Shown here piece by piece: positions 26,961 to 39,865 of a stretch of 64,000 bases of DNA. The stretch lies in NCBI RefSeq assembly GCF_009914755.1, contig NC_060940.1; one strand, written 5' to 3'. The DNA is from the human T2T-CHM13v2.0 reference genome, Homo sapiens. The notes below the pieces were generated by a model. It was not told the origin of the DNA. It did no database searches and worked only from the letters and a program-made list of their open reading frames with translations. Position 1 is the stretch's first letter, and each line of letters starts with the position of its first letter. The translations under genes were made by a program, and so were the position numbers.

Positions 26961-27169
26961 TTCTAAAAAGGAAAAAAGTTAGCTAGTCTATAAATTTTAT
27001 AGGTCAACATCAGTACTGAAAATGACTATTCACCATACTCTGAATCTTCTCTTGATCCGTGCGCTTGTAATTTCTGAATTTTAAGCTTCTCTTAAGTCCT
27101 TATTGGGGAGTCCCTTGGGATAGTTAATGTTCTCCCAAGACTATCTGCATTGCACCCCGCTTATGTTCC

Positions 27170-28600
27170 TTCTAGAAATATAATCAGGATGAGCCTGGAA
27201 AATCTCATCCACATCATGGTTTTAGCCATCGAATCATTCCCTCAATAAATACGTATTAATCATCTATTGATCACCAATTACTGTGCTCTGTACACAGAGC
27301 TGGGCACTGCATATCCAGCTCATCTCCACTTTGGTGGCCAAGATACTGGAAACTCAAACTGTCCAAAGCTTGATGCCATGGGCTAAACTGTATCTCTAAA
27401 AATTCATATGTTGAAGCACTAACACATTGGAGAATGTGATGGTATTTGGAGACGGGGCTTTTGGGAGGTACACAGGTTTAAGATTAGGCCATCAGGATGA
27501 TCCTTATGACGGGATTAGTACCCTTGTAAGAAGGCACTAGACAGCTTGCTCACTCTCTCTTGACCAAGTGAGGACAGAGGAGAAAACTATCATCTGCAAT
27601 CCAGGAAGAGCCCCTCCCCAAGAACCGAATCAGCAGGCACCATGATCTCAGACTTCCCAGTCTCTAGATCTGTGAGAAATAAATGCTTGCTGTTTAAGCC
27701 ATTTGATCCATGGTATTTTGTTAAAGCAGCCAGAACTAAAACACTTGGTTTCCAACTTCATCTTAAAACATGCTTCTCCCCTGTCTCCTTTCTTGGTTAC
27801 AGGCTCCACTGACCAACCCAAACTGAAATCATTTGAGACTTTCCCTCCCTCACTCTCATATCCAGTCAGTCCCCAACTCTTATTTGTGGGTTCTAGATTT
27901 GAAAAAAAAATAAAAATAAGAAGCTCTTCCATCTTTATAAACAGAGCTTTTTCTCCATTCATGACTGATTTCTACTCATCCTCAGGGCTCATGGTGTCTC
28001 CTCTAAATCCTCCAGCAGTCTTCAAGGCGGTCTTATTACTTTCACTCTTCCCTAGTAGAGTCCCTGCCGAAAAGCCATTTTCTGAAACACAATCCTGAAT
28101 CTGCCCCTTTTCTGCTTAAAAACCTTCAAGAATTCACAAAACCTCCAGGATATAGTCTCTGCTCCTCAGCTGGGAAATCCTACCATAACTGAGCCCTGGC
28201 CCCCGCCCAGCCATTTCTCAACAAGCCCCCTTCACTTTAGATTCCTCAGCCTAATTGCAACATCCCCAAATGGTCCAGGTGCTTTCAAACCTCCACGCCT
28301 TTGCAGGTGCTGTTCCTTCTGCTCCAACCCCCTCTCCATTCCTTGACTGCTGATCCTATACTTTATCCTCATCTTTCATAGGTTCAAATCCCCCCATGGG
28401 CCATTACTGAGCCCCCTTCCCAGGCTGTATAAGGCTACTACTTTCCTCTCTGTTCCAATATATTCCCACTATAATAAATATGACACAGTCTATTGTAACT
28501 TGTTCTTTCCCTCTTTCTCTGTCCCTCCTCCGCATAACCAGATGGTCACTCCTTTGAGAATAGAGAGATCCTGTCTTATTTATTTTCAATGCCATGCAGG
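27170..28600 (+). mobile_element. L2, long fragmented copy split by MLT1A
   Basis: ctcatccacatcatggtttta...aactcaaactgtccaaa [LTR] ...ctgcttaaaaaccttcaa...gcctttgcaggtgctgttcc. Confidence 0.65.
27374..27743 (+). mobile_element. MLT1A-like MaLR solo LTR
   Basis: tgccatgggctaaact...gtgagaaataaatg...aactaaaaca; TSD cttga / cttgg. Confidence 0.9.
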
Positions 28601-28846
28601 TTTTAAGGATAAAAATCAAGAAAAAATAAAGTTTTGGCAACTGTGCTAAAGCCAGAGATTTCTGAAAATGACTGTTTAATGCATACCATGGGGATAATTA
28701 TAACGATAATAACAATATCAACTATTTTAAGTGCTAAATATGACTAAACATTTTATAGGCATAGCTCATTTAATCCTTTTAACCACCCCAGGAAGAAGTA
28801 TTATTTTTGCTCTCTTGTTTTTTGGATGGGGTAAATGAAGCACAGA

Positions 28847-28878
<32 letters not shown>

Positions 28879-28883
28879 ACAAA

Positions 28884-28917
<34 letters not shown>
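28847..28917. repeat. Compound (TC)n(CA)n microsatellite between two MIR fragments
   Basis: Read directly; MIR- about 28700-28846, MIR+ about 28920-29255. Confidence 0.95.
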
Positions 28918-28919
<2 letters not shown>

Positions 28920-29077
28920 GGGTTTGGGATTCAGAAAGGCACAGTTCCTAAACTGGCTCTGTCATTTATCATCTATGTGACCTGAAGGCAATTCACTTAA
29001 TCTCCATTTGTTTCCTCATCTCTGGAATAAGAAAAGACTTGTTGTGGTAATTTAAAAAGACTATTTACAAAAGTATT

Positions 29078-29228
29078 GAACCAGGAGCAGTGGCATGCAC
29101 TTGTAGTCCCAGCTACTCTGGAGGCTAAGGCAGGAGGATTGCCTGAGCCCAGGAGTTTGAATCCTGCCTGAGCAACATCATGAAACTGTCTCATAAAAAA
29201 AATAAAGTTTAAAAAAACAAAATTAAAT
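29078..29228 (+). mobile_element. FLAM_A-like Alu monomer within MIR
   Basis: cagtggcatgcacttgtagtcccagctactc...gagcccaggagtttga...A-rich tail. Confidence 0.85.
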
Positions 29229-29619
29229 TGACACATAGTAGGTACTCAGTGATATTGTCTCTTTCTCCAAACACTTACCCAGACCTGTATGCTTCAGGAA
29301 TAGTATTAATGTCTTAAACCGGGTAACTAGTCTGCTGACTGGCTGAGATTCAGGCATGTCAGTATCGCTTGGCTCCAGCTTACCTAATAGACTAGCTCTG
29401 AGTCTGTCTCCATCCATGTCTCCCACCCACACAACTCTAGCCTCATGGATAAGGTGAGGCTCAGGGAGTGTGACCTGGGACGAGGTTAGAATGAGCATGA
29501 CTGCCATGCAGTTTGCTTGATAACTTCGAAAAAGCTGAAAGCTTAGCAGTTTGGTTTTGAGGTTGTGATGCAAACGTGTAAGTGTTCGATGTGTATTTCT
29601 GTCAACCACACCTGAAAGG

Positions 29620-29700
29620 CCGTGTGCAACACCACGTGCCCAGGTGCGGAAGCTCAGAGACTTGACGTAGGCGGGAATTTGCCGTGATAGCATTTAAGCA
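29620..29700. promoter_or_regulatory. Candidate promoter-like motif cluster
   Basis: CACGTG (29633), CAGGTG (29641), CGGAAG (29647), TGACGTA (29663) and GGCGGGAA (29670) within 45 bp of non-repeat DNA. Confidence 0.45.
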
Positions 29701-30642
29701 GCCATCTGTTTTCCAGGAGATTCTGGAGCCACCTTCCCCATCAAGCCCCCCTTTCCCGTCCTCACGCACCCCCAGCTCCTCACTCAGGAATACATTGACA
29801 TTTCCAGATGTATTGATTACAGGGGCAGACTAGCTTTTGGCGGGAGAAGGGAGAGAAATGGATTGACTTTATTATTTGTGGGTGGAAAAAAAGAATAAAC
29901 AAGGGTGCTTTTGTTTGAAGGACAAAACCAAAATTATCGGTTGAATGGGGCTGAATTAAGCACTTAAAGTTCAATCCTTCCAGAGTGCTGACAGTGCACA
30001 GGCGGAGATCAATACAGAAACTATTTGGGCCGTGGGGAACCTGGGCCCTGCTTATTAACCGCTAATTATACCAAGTTTTCTGCCGAAATGGGTTAGTTCC
30101 CTTGAAGATTACGATACAACAGAACTGGTTGGCACTGTCGGACCCGGGTCTGGGATCCAACCCCTGGAGCAGGAAGTCCAAGGTTCAGGATAAACTCCCA
30201 AAGGCCTTCTATTTATGGAGCCCACTTCCCAATTTGCCACTTGCAAATCAGGGTGTAGACAGCCCACCACTTTCTTATTAGAATTTTAAAATAAGACTGC
30301 CAACGGCAAGACGGATATTTCACTAGGGCTTTCAGTACGGCCACACCAGTTGTTCAAAACAGGGACACTCTCCCACGCCAGTCGCTCAGCAACCTCCCCT
30401 GCTACCTCACATGCCCCTCACTCTCATTATCCAGGCTTAACACCTGGCCGAGCAAGGGCCTGCGGGGCCCGCTCCAGCATCCACTCTGGTGAATCTGTGC
30501 TCATGCCCTCCCGGTGCTCAAACATTTTGAGCACGACCCTGACCACAGGCAACAACTTTCCATAATCCGTTAGTCACCAGCCAGTCTACAAACCCAGATG
30601 CCTTCCCGTGGGGAGGGGGATATTGATTGTACATACACAATG

Positions 30643-30643
<1 letters not shown>

Positions 30644-30684
<41 letters not shown>
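30644..30684. repeat. (CA)20 microsatellite
   Basis: Read directly. Confidence 0.97.
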
Positions 30685-30686
<2 letters not shown>

Positions 30687-31468
30687 TATAAATACACAAC
30701 TGCATGTATATGTATGTAGTTATGTATATATACAGTTATATATAACCATATAAAATATGGAAAATTTATATTTCATATTATATTCCATTAACTATATATT
30801 AAATATGTATATATACTATATATAGTTTTATACACTTAATATTTAACGTACTAAACATTTAGGACTAAAACTAAATATGTACTATATGTATGTAACTATA
30901 GTTACATATAGTACATATTTAGTACTAAATATACTATATATACTAAGTATTTACATATCTAGTATACATAAATACTATATATACCATATATATTTATATA
31001 TAATAATATATAAATATTGATATAATTACATATAATATATATTTGGCACTAAATATACTATATATGTATAGATAGTATGTGTATATATAATATATACTAT
31101 ATATGTGTGTATATACGATATACTATATATAATACTATATATACTATAGATACTGTATTTAGTATATACTAAATTTACTAAATATATATTCAGTATATAC
31201 TAAATTTACTAAATACATATTTAGTATATTTAGTATACATAAATATTTATAGTTACATATAGTACATATTTAGTACTAAATATATACTATATTTATATAT
31301 TTAGTAAATATATAAATGAACATGTACTATATGTAAACACATGTAAATATATAAATGTATATATTAAATATATAAATATATAGTTACATATAGTACATAG
31401 TATATATGTAGTTATATAGAGTATATATAGACTATAAACTATAACTATATATATATATATGAACTATA
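30685..31468. repeat. AT-rich (TA)n-derived low-complexity island with internal palindromes and direct repeats
   Basis: Almost entirely A/T; palindrome at 30870-30923; repeated tatagttacatatagtacata. Confidence 0.93.
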
Positions 31469-31470
31469 CA

Positions 31471-31645
31471 CAGCCATCCCTCGGTATACACAGGGGACTG
31501 GTTCCAGGACCCCCAGGTGTACCAAAATCTGTGCCTACCCGAGACCTGCAGTCAACCTTGCAGAACTCAAGGACAGGAAAAGTAACCCTTCATCTACACA
31601 GGGGTTTTGAAGCAGTTCACATCTGTATTGTTCAAGAGTCAAATA
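31471..31645 (+). mobile_element. MER8-like TcMar-Tigger element, internally deleted
   Basis: cagccatccctcggtatac...ggttccaggaccccc...gcagttca...tgttcaagagtcaa. Confidence 0.75.
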
Positions 31646-31691
31646 TAGATAGATAGATAGGTAGATAGACAGACAGATAGATAGATAGATA
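31645..31691. repeat. (GATA)n/(GACA)n microsatellite
   Basis: Read directly. Confidence 0.93.
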
Positions 31692-31744
31692 CACACACGT
31701 ATATAGATGCACACACATAGTTTATGTAAAGTTGGTGTGCTTGG

Positions 31745-32010
31745 GAGATATTTCCATGTTGCCACTTATCAATTTATCTTATCTTTTTAACAGCTACATG
31801 GCGCCCAGTAGTACGGATATACCATAATTTAGCCACTCCCTAGTTGATGAATATTTAGGTTATCCCACATTTTCTCTATCACAAAACATACTGCAATGAA
31901 CACCTTGAACATATATTATTCTGCACATATATGAATATTTCCATAGGATGGATTCCAAGAAGTGGAATTGTTGCGTGTTTTTAATTTTGGCAGATCTTGA
32001 CAAACCATTC
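31745..32010 (-). mobile_element. L1ME-type fragment
   Basis: accataatttagccactccctagttgatgaatatttaggtt...ctgcaatgaaca...ccaagaagtggaattg. Confidence 0.7.
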
Positions 32011-32781
32011 CTACTTTCTCTCATACAAAAATGATGGTGACATGTGCCCCCATTTATCTGGATGGTTTGCAGGAATGAGCCCCCTCAAAGTGGTCTCTGG
32101 TCAACACAATGGGTCTCTGTGATGTACCCACCTGCATTTAGCAATCAGAGTTCACAGAGCACTTTCCAGTCTGCTTGGCACACATTCGTTCACAAAGAAG
32201 CTGAGGGAAGCTTCATTGCTGCTTCTAAAAAGCAGATTATTCCAGATCCCCGCAAAGCTTCCAGTCTGTTGAGCTACCTGAAAATGACAAGCAGCAACTT
32301 CCCTGCAGAGACCTGGAGTCAGAGTTTGGCCATCAATTGCCACCCAGACCTTGAAGCCACTCTGCTTGTCTCTAGGGCAATGTGAACTCCTGGCCATCAT
32401 GCCTTGCTTAGGATGTCACCAAGTGTCCCCTGAAAAACAGCTGTCAGTCTGTCCCTCTAATCATAGGACCTCAAACCCAGCACAGAGAGCCAAATAGAAA
32501 GCAGATCCTATTCCATTCCCTTTATCTCCCTGTTTCCATTAAAAATAAAAGCCTCGGAGCATGCAAGCAGGCAGAGGAGAGGGAAGTATTGTCCACAGTC
32601 AAAGCATCTCGACCTCCAGATCAGTCAGCCAGAATGTCCTGCTACACAAGCATTTTTATTCGTTCCAGGATGTTCTTGAGGCAGCTTCCAAAAATGCACA
32701 TAACATAACAAAATTGGAAAGTGCAATTAACAGACAAAGTGAGAAAAATGAAAAATATATATGAGACAAGATATAAAGACC

Positions 32782-33222
32782 CAACCTAAATGCCTACCAA
32801 TGATAGACTGGATTAAAAAAAAAAAGTGTTATATATACACCATGGAATACTGTGCAGCCATTAAGAAAGAACGAGCTCACATCCTTTGTGGGGACATAGA
32901 TGGAGCTGGAGACCACTGTCCTTAGCAAACTAACACAGGAACAGAAAACCAAATACTGCATGTTCTCACTTAGAAGCGGGAGCTAAACGATGAGAATACA
33001 TAGAGGGGAACAACACACACTGGGGCCTATCAAAGGGTGGAGGGTGGGAGGAGGAAGACTCAGGAAAAATAACTAATGGGTACTAGGTTTAACACCTGGA
33101 TGATGAAATAATCTGAACAACAAACCCCCATGACACAAGTTTACCTATGGAACAAACCTTCACATGTACTCCTGAACTAAAAATAAAAGTTAAAAACAAA
33201 AAAAGAAGAAGAAGAAAGAAAG
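32782..33222 (+). mobile_element. L1PA (about PA13-15) 3' fragment
   Basis: caatgatagactggat...accaaatactgcatgttctcactt...gatgaaataatctg...aaaataaaagtt; flanking aaagacc repeat. Confidence 0.9.
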
Positions 33223-33399
33223 AAAGACCGAGGAGAAAGAAACCTATATGAGGCATTAAGCTCTGCACAATTTTTAGGCATTTGGACTCCAACAACAGCA
33301 ACAAAAAAAGGCGGATAGAGGGTTCGGGAGATGGAATTACATTTAGTGTCTATATCTACAATGTGCATGAAAATAATTCCCACATTTTGACTTTAATCA

Positions 33400-33754
<355 letters not shown>

Positions 33755-34209
33755 TCAGAATGGGTCTGTTTCTCATTTGAACAGCATAAAATCCAGCCAG
33801 GCCTCCTCTCCAACCAGCAGGCCAAGACTCTTCCAAACTGACCTGACACCCCGCCATACCCAATCTTGGCACCCCACCCACTTCCCCCTCCTCAGGGTGC
33901 TGCCCAAACCAGACAAAAAGCAGGCGCCAAGATGCTCCCACAGGACTAAGGCTCATAGTGACCTTCTTAAAAAAAACAAAAAAAAAACTTAGTTGGCAAC
34001 TGTTAAACATTGGGAAATTGTACATAAAAAATCCTGATCTCTCACTTTTTAAAAAAACAAGTGGAAAAGAAAAATAGGCAACATAACATCTCCCCATAGC
34101 TGGAGCTGGGGCCGCCTTGGAGGAGAAAAGGTACCTCCCATTTTGTGCACGCAGCCCACTTTCCTGACTCATGCCCATGCAAACCCCAGCTAGGCAACAA
34201 ATACTTAAA

Positions 34210-34357
34210 TTTTTTGTTTTTATTATTATTTTTTTTTAGTAGAAACGGGGTTTCGCCATATTAGCCAGGCTGATCTCGAACTCCTCGCCTCAAACCATCC
34301 TCCCACGTAGGCTTCCAAAAGTGCTGGGATGACAGGCGTGAGCCACCACCCCTGGCC
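34210..34357 (-). mobile_element. FLAM_C / Alu left monomer
   Basis: T tail plus a single antisense monomer ending accacccctggcc. Confidence 0.88.
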
Positions 34358-34946
34358 TAACTTTTCAATTTTTTTAACAGAGAGAAAACTTAACGGGGTG
34401 AGTAAAATGGCACCAAAAGACCTGAACTTGGACCCATGACTTGGCCGTCCATTTTCTGAATCCACCAAATGAGGGGTCCGACACTGAATGACGATTCTTT
34501 GCACCTCTGACAATGTTCTTTCTTTTGACTGACGGAGGTCCCACTTTCCAGGGTAGGGGATTTTGCTGGTATCTACGAACCATGCCAACTTGGCTTAAAC
34601 GGTCAAGAAAGAGGGGGGTCTCCATAATGGGGCCATTTCACTCTAATTTCTTCTTGAAATGCTTACCCGACTGGTCCCCTCCCTCGCCCCTTACCTATCC
34701 CTTTCCTCTCTAGGGTTTTGCTAGGATGTTAGCCGGATGTAAGGTACACGGACGAACTGCAAGCTTAGAGGTAGTGATTGGCTTTGCAAGCAGAAACAAA
34801 AACAAAACAATGACCAAAAAAAACCCCTCAAAACCAACAAAATAAAACAAAGCACCTCTTCCTTTCCTTAAAATACATTTTGCGTTAAACCAGTAGCCTA
34901 CCAAAGGCAGCCTGGAGCCTTAAGTGTGTTCTGGAAGCTGAGCCTT

Positions 34947-34980
34947 GAGCGCCATCTGGGAGCAGAGGGCGGCACTGCAG
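34947..34980 (-). promoter_or_regulatory. CTCF site with upstream (U/M2) module
   Basis: Minus strand reads C-TGCAGTGCC-GCCCT-CTGCTCCCAGATGGCGCTC: core ..CCAGATGGCGC preceded by TGCAGTNCC at the canonical 5-bp spacing. Confidence 0.75.
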
Positions 34981-35084
34981 CCTCCCGCCCTGGAGCTTCG
35001 CCTCCAGGTCCTTGCAGACTTTCCCCTTCATGATCCATCTCTTCTCCCGTTGCCCCAAGGTCTCAGAAGAGGGGATGTGCTACA

Positions 35085-35415
35085 ATGGGGAGTTATGGGT
35101 TTTGCAATCAGACCCTGACACTTCACTAGCTGTGGGGTCTTGGGCAATTCATTGCCTTTCTGCAACATGAGGACAATCACACCCACCTTACTGGGAGACT
35201 GGAAGATTAAAAAAGAAAAATGACATAAACGGGCTTATAGCATGCAGTCAGCAAACTTATCCCCTTCCGTCACAGTGCCATAACTCAGTCTACAGACGAG
35301 TAACTCGGGGAGGGGGTTTGTTTGGCTCATCTGTAAAACAGGGCTGCTGGAAGCCGACATTGCATAACCCATATGTACAACAACTGGCACACAGTGAGTG
35401 CTCAGCTGTTAATAA
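35085..35415 (+). mobile_element. Two MIR fragments
   Basis: cacttcactagctgtggggtcttgggcaa; ctcatctgtaaaacaggg...ctggcacacagtgagtgctca. Confidence 0.7.
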
Positions 35416-36214
35416 AGGGAAGGAAAAGAAACTGTAAATCTGGCTCTGTTATAGGTCCTGAGGTTAAGCAAATAGAGAGACAGTTATAAAGATAAGTAAG
35501 ACAAGAGAGCCAAATGTAAATAATAATATCAGGTAATTAATTAGATGTATGAACAAAGTTCAAATCAGTGTAGCTTCCAGGCTATATCAATTACCTCGCT
35601 TAAGCCCTCTACGCCCTTTACAACACAGGACTGTCACCCCTGCCCAGTTTACGGGCCAGCCAAGGCGGGTTCAGAAACAGCAGAGAATGTCCTTTGGGCT
35701 TACGCTGTTTGTGACCCTGCTTCTTCTCGGATCCTAGTCCATCTTCATCTTTTTTTTCCCAAAATGGTTTTCTCATTTCTGCCACTGAAGTTGAACAAAT
35801 TCAACATCTGATTTTTCCTTTCCCTGTCTCCCCTCTGCCCACACCCTCCCCCAGTACTTCATCTTCCTGAGGTCGGCTCGATCCCAACTTCATGTCTGTC
35901 CCATCCGCCCTCTTCAATTCCACTCTCCTCTCTCCAGTTATGACCCCTGGATGCCTGAAGAAGCCTTCTAACTGTGCTCTCCACTGTTCAGCTCTGCTCC
36001 CTCCAATCTGCCCTGCATGAGCCCCTGAGGGATCTCACCCTTTCAGCAGGTCCACCTACAAGTATAACCCCTCTAGGTGACATACCTTCCTTCGGGAAGC
36101 TTCTCCCAGCAACCACTGACCCACAAGAATCTCTGCTTTCCTCAAACACAAGTAGACTTCGCAACTCTGCCTACCTGTTAGAATAACCTGAAGAAGCTTC
36201 ATACCACACTGTTC

Positions 36215-37320
36215 ACCAACAAGCACACAAAAAGATGCTCGATGTCATTAGCCATCAGGGAAATGCAAATTCAATCAACAATGAGAGACCACTCCACACC
36301 CACAAGGATAGCTATAATTAAAAAGACGAACAACGACAAGTATTGACGAAAATATGGAGAAATTGGAACCTTATAATACCGCTGGTAGAAATGTAAAATG
36401 GTACAGTCACTTGGGAAACAAGGCTGGCAGTTAGTTCCTCAAAGGGTTAAACAGAGTTATCATATGACCCAGCAACTCCACTCCTAGGTATATATATGTA
36501 AGAGAATTGATAGTTTCTGTATCCACACAAAAAACTTATATACAAATGTTCATAATAGCAGTATTCATGGATATCCAAAAAGTGGAAACCACCGAAGTGT
36601 CCATCAACTGATGAATGGATGAACAAAATGTGGTCTAGGAATGATGTGCTGATCCACACTGCAACACAGATGGGTCTTTAAAAGCTATGTAAGTGAAAGA
36701 AGCCAGTCACAAAGAAACATATGTTATTTCATTCCATTTATATGAAATGTCCAGACTAGGCAAATCCATAGACACGTAAAGTAGATTAATGGTTGCCAGG
36801 GGTTGGGGGAGGGGAAATGGGAGGAAATGGGGAGTTTCTGGTAGTGACTACAGGGTTTCTTTTCGAGGAAATGAAAATGTTCGGACTGTAGGCTGAGTGT
36901 GGTGGCTCATGCCTGTAATCTCAGCACTTTGGGAGGCTTAGGTGGGAGGGTCACTTGAGCTCAGGAGTTCAAGACCAGCCTGGGCAATGTAGCTAGATCC
37001 CATTTCTACAAACAAAATTTTTTTTAATTAGCTGGGTGTGATGGTGCATGCCTGTGGTCCCAACTACTCAGGAGGCTGAGGCAGGAGGATCCTTTGAGCC
37101 TAGGAATTTGAAGCGGCAGTGAGCCATGATCTCATCACTGCACTCCAGCCTGGGTGACAATGTGAGACCCTGTCTCTAAAAAATAAAAAAAGTCGATTGT
37201 GGTGATGGTTGCACAATTCTGTGAATATACGACAAACTATTAAATTGTGTACTTTAAATGGGTGAATTGTATGGAATGTGAATTATGTATCTGAATAAAA
37301 CTTATATTTTTAAAAAAATA
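36215..37320 (+). mobile_element. L1MB (MB7/8-like) ORF2 end plus 3' UTR, split by AluJ
   Basis: cattagccatcagggaaatgcaaa...catatgacccagcaactccactcctagg...ggcaaatccataga...ggtgatggttgcacaa. Confidence 0.88.
36891..37191 (+). mobile_element. AluJ
   Basis: Dimeric with J features (ggaggatcctttgagcc, gagaccctgtctc). Confidence 0.93.
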
Positions 37321-37544
37321 AACCTCCCATTCCTATCACTTCCTCATTGTTCAATATGGCTTCATATATTTCTTCATAAATAAATATACTGATTTAATAC
37401 GTGTTTATTCGCTTATTGTCTACCACAACAGTAAAGGTAATTTCAATGAGAGCAGAGCCTGTGGCGCGTTCACTTCTATATTCCCAGTGCTTTGAGCATG
37501 GCACAAAAGGCTACTGAATAAGTAAGTGCCAGTGTGTGAATATA

Positions 37545-37700
37545 TGAGTACCTGTAAGAATCAGCAAAAATAAAATACTGTTTCCAGGGCCCCACCCCCA
37601 GAGATTCAGACGCAATTGATCTGAGGGAGAGCCTGACAAAGGTCTGGCTCAAGACTCCTCGAGTGATACCATTGTACAAACCAAGACGAAGAGCCCTGAT
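37545..37700. mobile_element. MER5-like DNA transposon
   Basis: ccagggccccacccccagagattcaga...gatctgagggagagcctg. Confidence 0.55.
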
Positions 37701-38329
37701 CCACAGCAGCTGTCATCTATAACCCTAACCCTGTGTCACCCCTGCAGATGAGGCTTCAGTAGCTCACCATTACCTCTACAGACATTCTAAATTCAAGTTA
37801 AATAACGCAGATGAAGGACTCAGGTGAGTCTGGGACTTTCTGTATCAGAATCGTCACAGATGCCTCAAAAAATCAGATTCCCAGACCCCGTTGGAGACAT
37901 TCAGATCCTTGCAGACCCCTGCCAGGGAATTAATGAGTTCAGGTTCATTCCACATGCAGATTCTCGGGACTCCCTCCAGGAAATTAAATTGAGATTCCCG
38001 GATTTAACCCCCTGGAAGGGGTCCCAAGAATTCACGTGTTGAACAAGTGTCTTTTCTCAGACACGCTGAAGGTAGGGATCTACAGAGTCACATTCATGCA
38101 AGGTCTGTGGCACAAGGCCTGGCTCTGCCTGCATCTCTGGCTTCATCTCTCAACATTCATGCCCCCACCCTGTGCAGGTCCACCAACCCCGGCTACTCCA
38201 CGTAACAGAAATGGCCTTTCCCTACTCCTTCTCTTGGCTTCTGCAACCAGCCTCCCAACCTTCACTCAGGTATCAAAGTGGCAAGCTTTTCTGGGTTCCG
38301 TGTCTATTCTGAGCTCCCAAGCCTCCTAC

Positions 38330-38541
38330 AGTTGCACTTAACCAGGGATGATTGTGCTTTTCAAGGGACATGTGGCAATTCTGGGGATTTTAATTGTCAT
38401 ATTGGGGGGGTCACTACTGCCACCTACTGGGTAGAGGCTAGGAATGCTTAAACATCCTACAATGCGCAAGACAGCCCCCACCGCCCCCAACAAGAACTAT
38501 CTGGCCCAAAATATCAGTGTAACTGAACTTGAAAAACTCTG
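38330..38541 (-). mobile_element. MER20
   Basis: gggacatgtggcaat...gggtagaggctaggaatgct...aagaactatctggcccaaaat...ttgaaaaactctg. Confidence 0.85.
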
Positions 38542-38912
38542 CTATAGTCTATTGTCATGTGAGTTCCTCGAAGGCAGGGAATGTGTAACACTCACCTGCA
38601 TAACCTCAGATACCACATACAGAGCCTGACACACCGTATTTGGTAAATACTAGTGGAATGAATTATCCGTACCTTACATCTGGCATTCAGGTGTGTTCAT
38701 TTCTGCCCTATTTTATTCCAGAAAAGACGTGTAGATACTTAAAAAAACTTACTCAATGCAACAGGATAAAATCAGTGAAGGTATCGTAGAAGCAGCAGCT
38801 ATGATGAAGCTATAGGTGGGTTGAGAGCAGTTATTAGGATTATTTTTATAGCCACAAGGTAGAGATAAGCTGAAATTTGACTCTGGGCTTCTGGTTGGCA
38901 TCCATGCAATAA

Positions 38913-39359
<447 letters not shown>

Positions 39360-39364
39360 TAGTT

Positions 39365-39865
39365 GTTATAACTTCCTCTGAGTTCTTTTCCTCTTCCAGA
39401 ACTCATTCTCTTTCTCTTTCCCATGTAATTTGATAGTTTCTTTCTATCTCTTAAGTTTGAGCTTGGCCACATGACTTGTTTTGGTGAATGAAATGATGAT
39501 AGACATGATACAAGTAGGAGCTTTAGATGTGTTTGTGCAGCTGGATGTGAATTCCTGAATCTCTCCCATCACCATGAGAAGAGCATGCCCTGGCTAGCCC
39601 TCTGGTTCAAAGAAGGTAAAAAAATACCTGGAGTCAAGCTCATTCAACTTAACCCACAGACCTGTAGCCTACAGCAGAACCACACAGCTGAGCCCAGCCT
39701 AGCTCAGCACACCCCCTGCTGACCTGCAGTTGCATAAGCAAGCCCAGCTGGGTTCAGCCACCCCCCAGTCGCAGATGCATGAGCTAAATATATGTTCACT
39801 GTTGCATGCCACAGAGTTTGGGGAAGATTCACTATGCCCCATTATTGACAATGGGTAACCAAAAT
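39365..39865 (+). mobile_element. MLT1H-like MaLR LTR
   Basis: ttggccacatgacttgttttgg...caccatgagaagagcatgccctggctagcc...gctgagcccagcctag...gcatgccacagagttt. Confidence 0.75.

Noticed and set aside
29223-29693. Longest ORF (156 aa, minus strand) beside the promoter-like cluster
   Set aside because: No recognisable domain, it ends in MIR/FLAM sequence, and this length can occur by chance in 64 kb. Ribo-seq or PhyloCSF support would be needed.
29520-30610. Formal CpG island
   Set aside because: CpG is elevated only to about 30 per kb with moderate GC; probably below standard thresholds.
30685-31468. Repeated modules as a CRISPR-like array
   Set aside because: Irregular spacing, low complexity, no unique spacers, no cas genes, and a primate context.
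36215-36700. L1 ORF2 remnants as coding sequence (also near 1117, 13952 and 57081)
   Set aside because: Short, 5'-truncated and disrupted; not functional.
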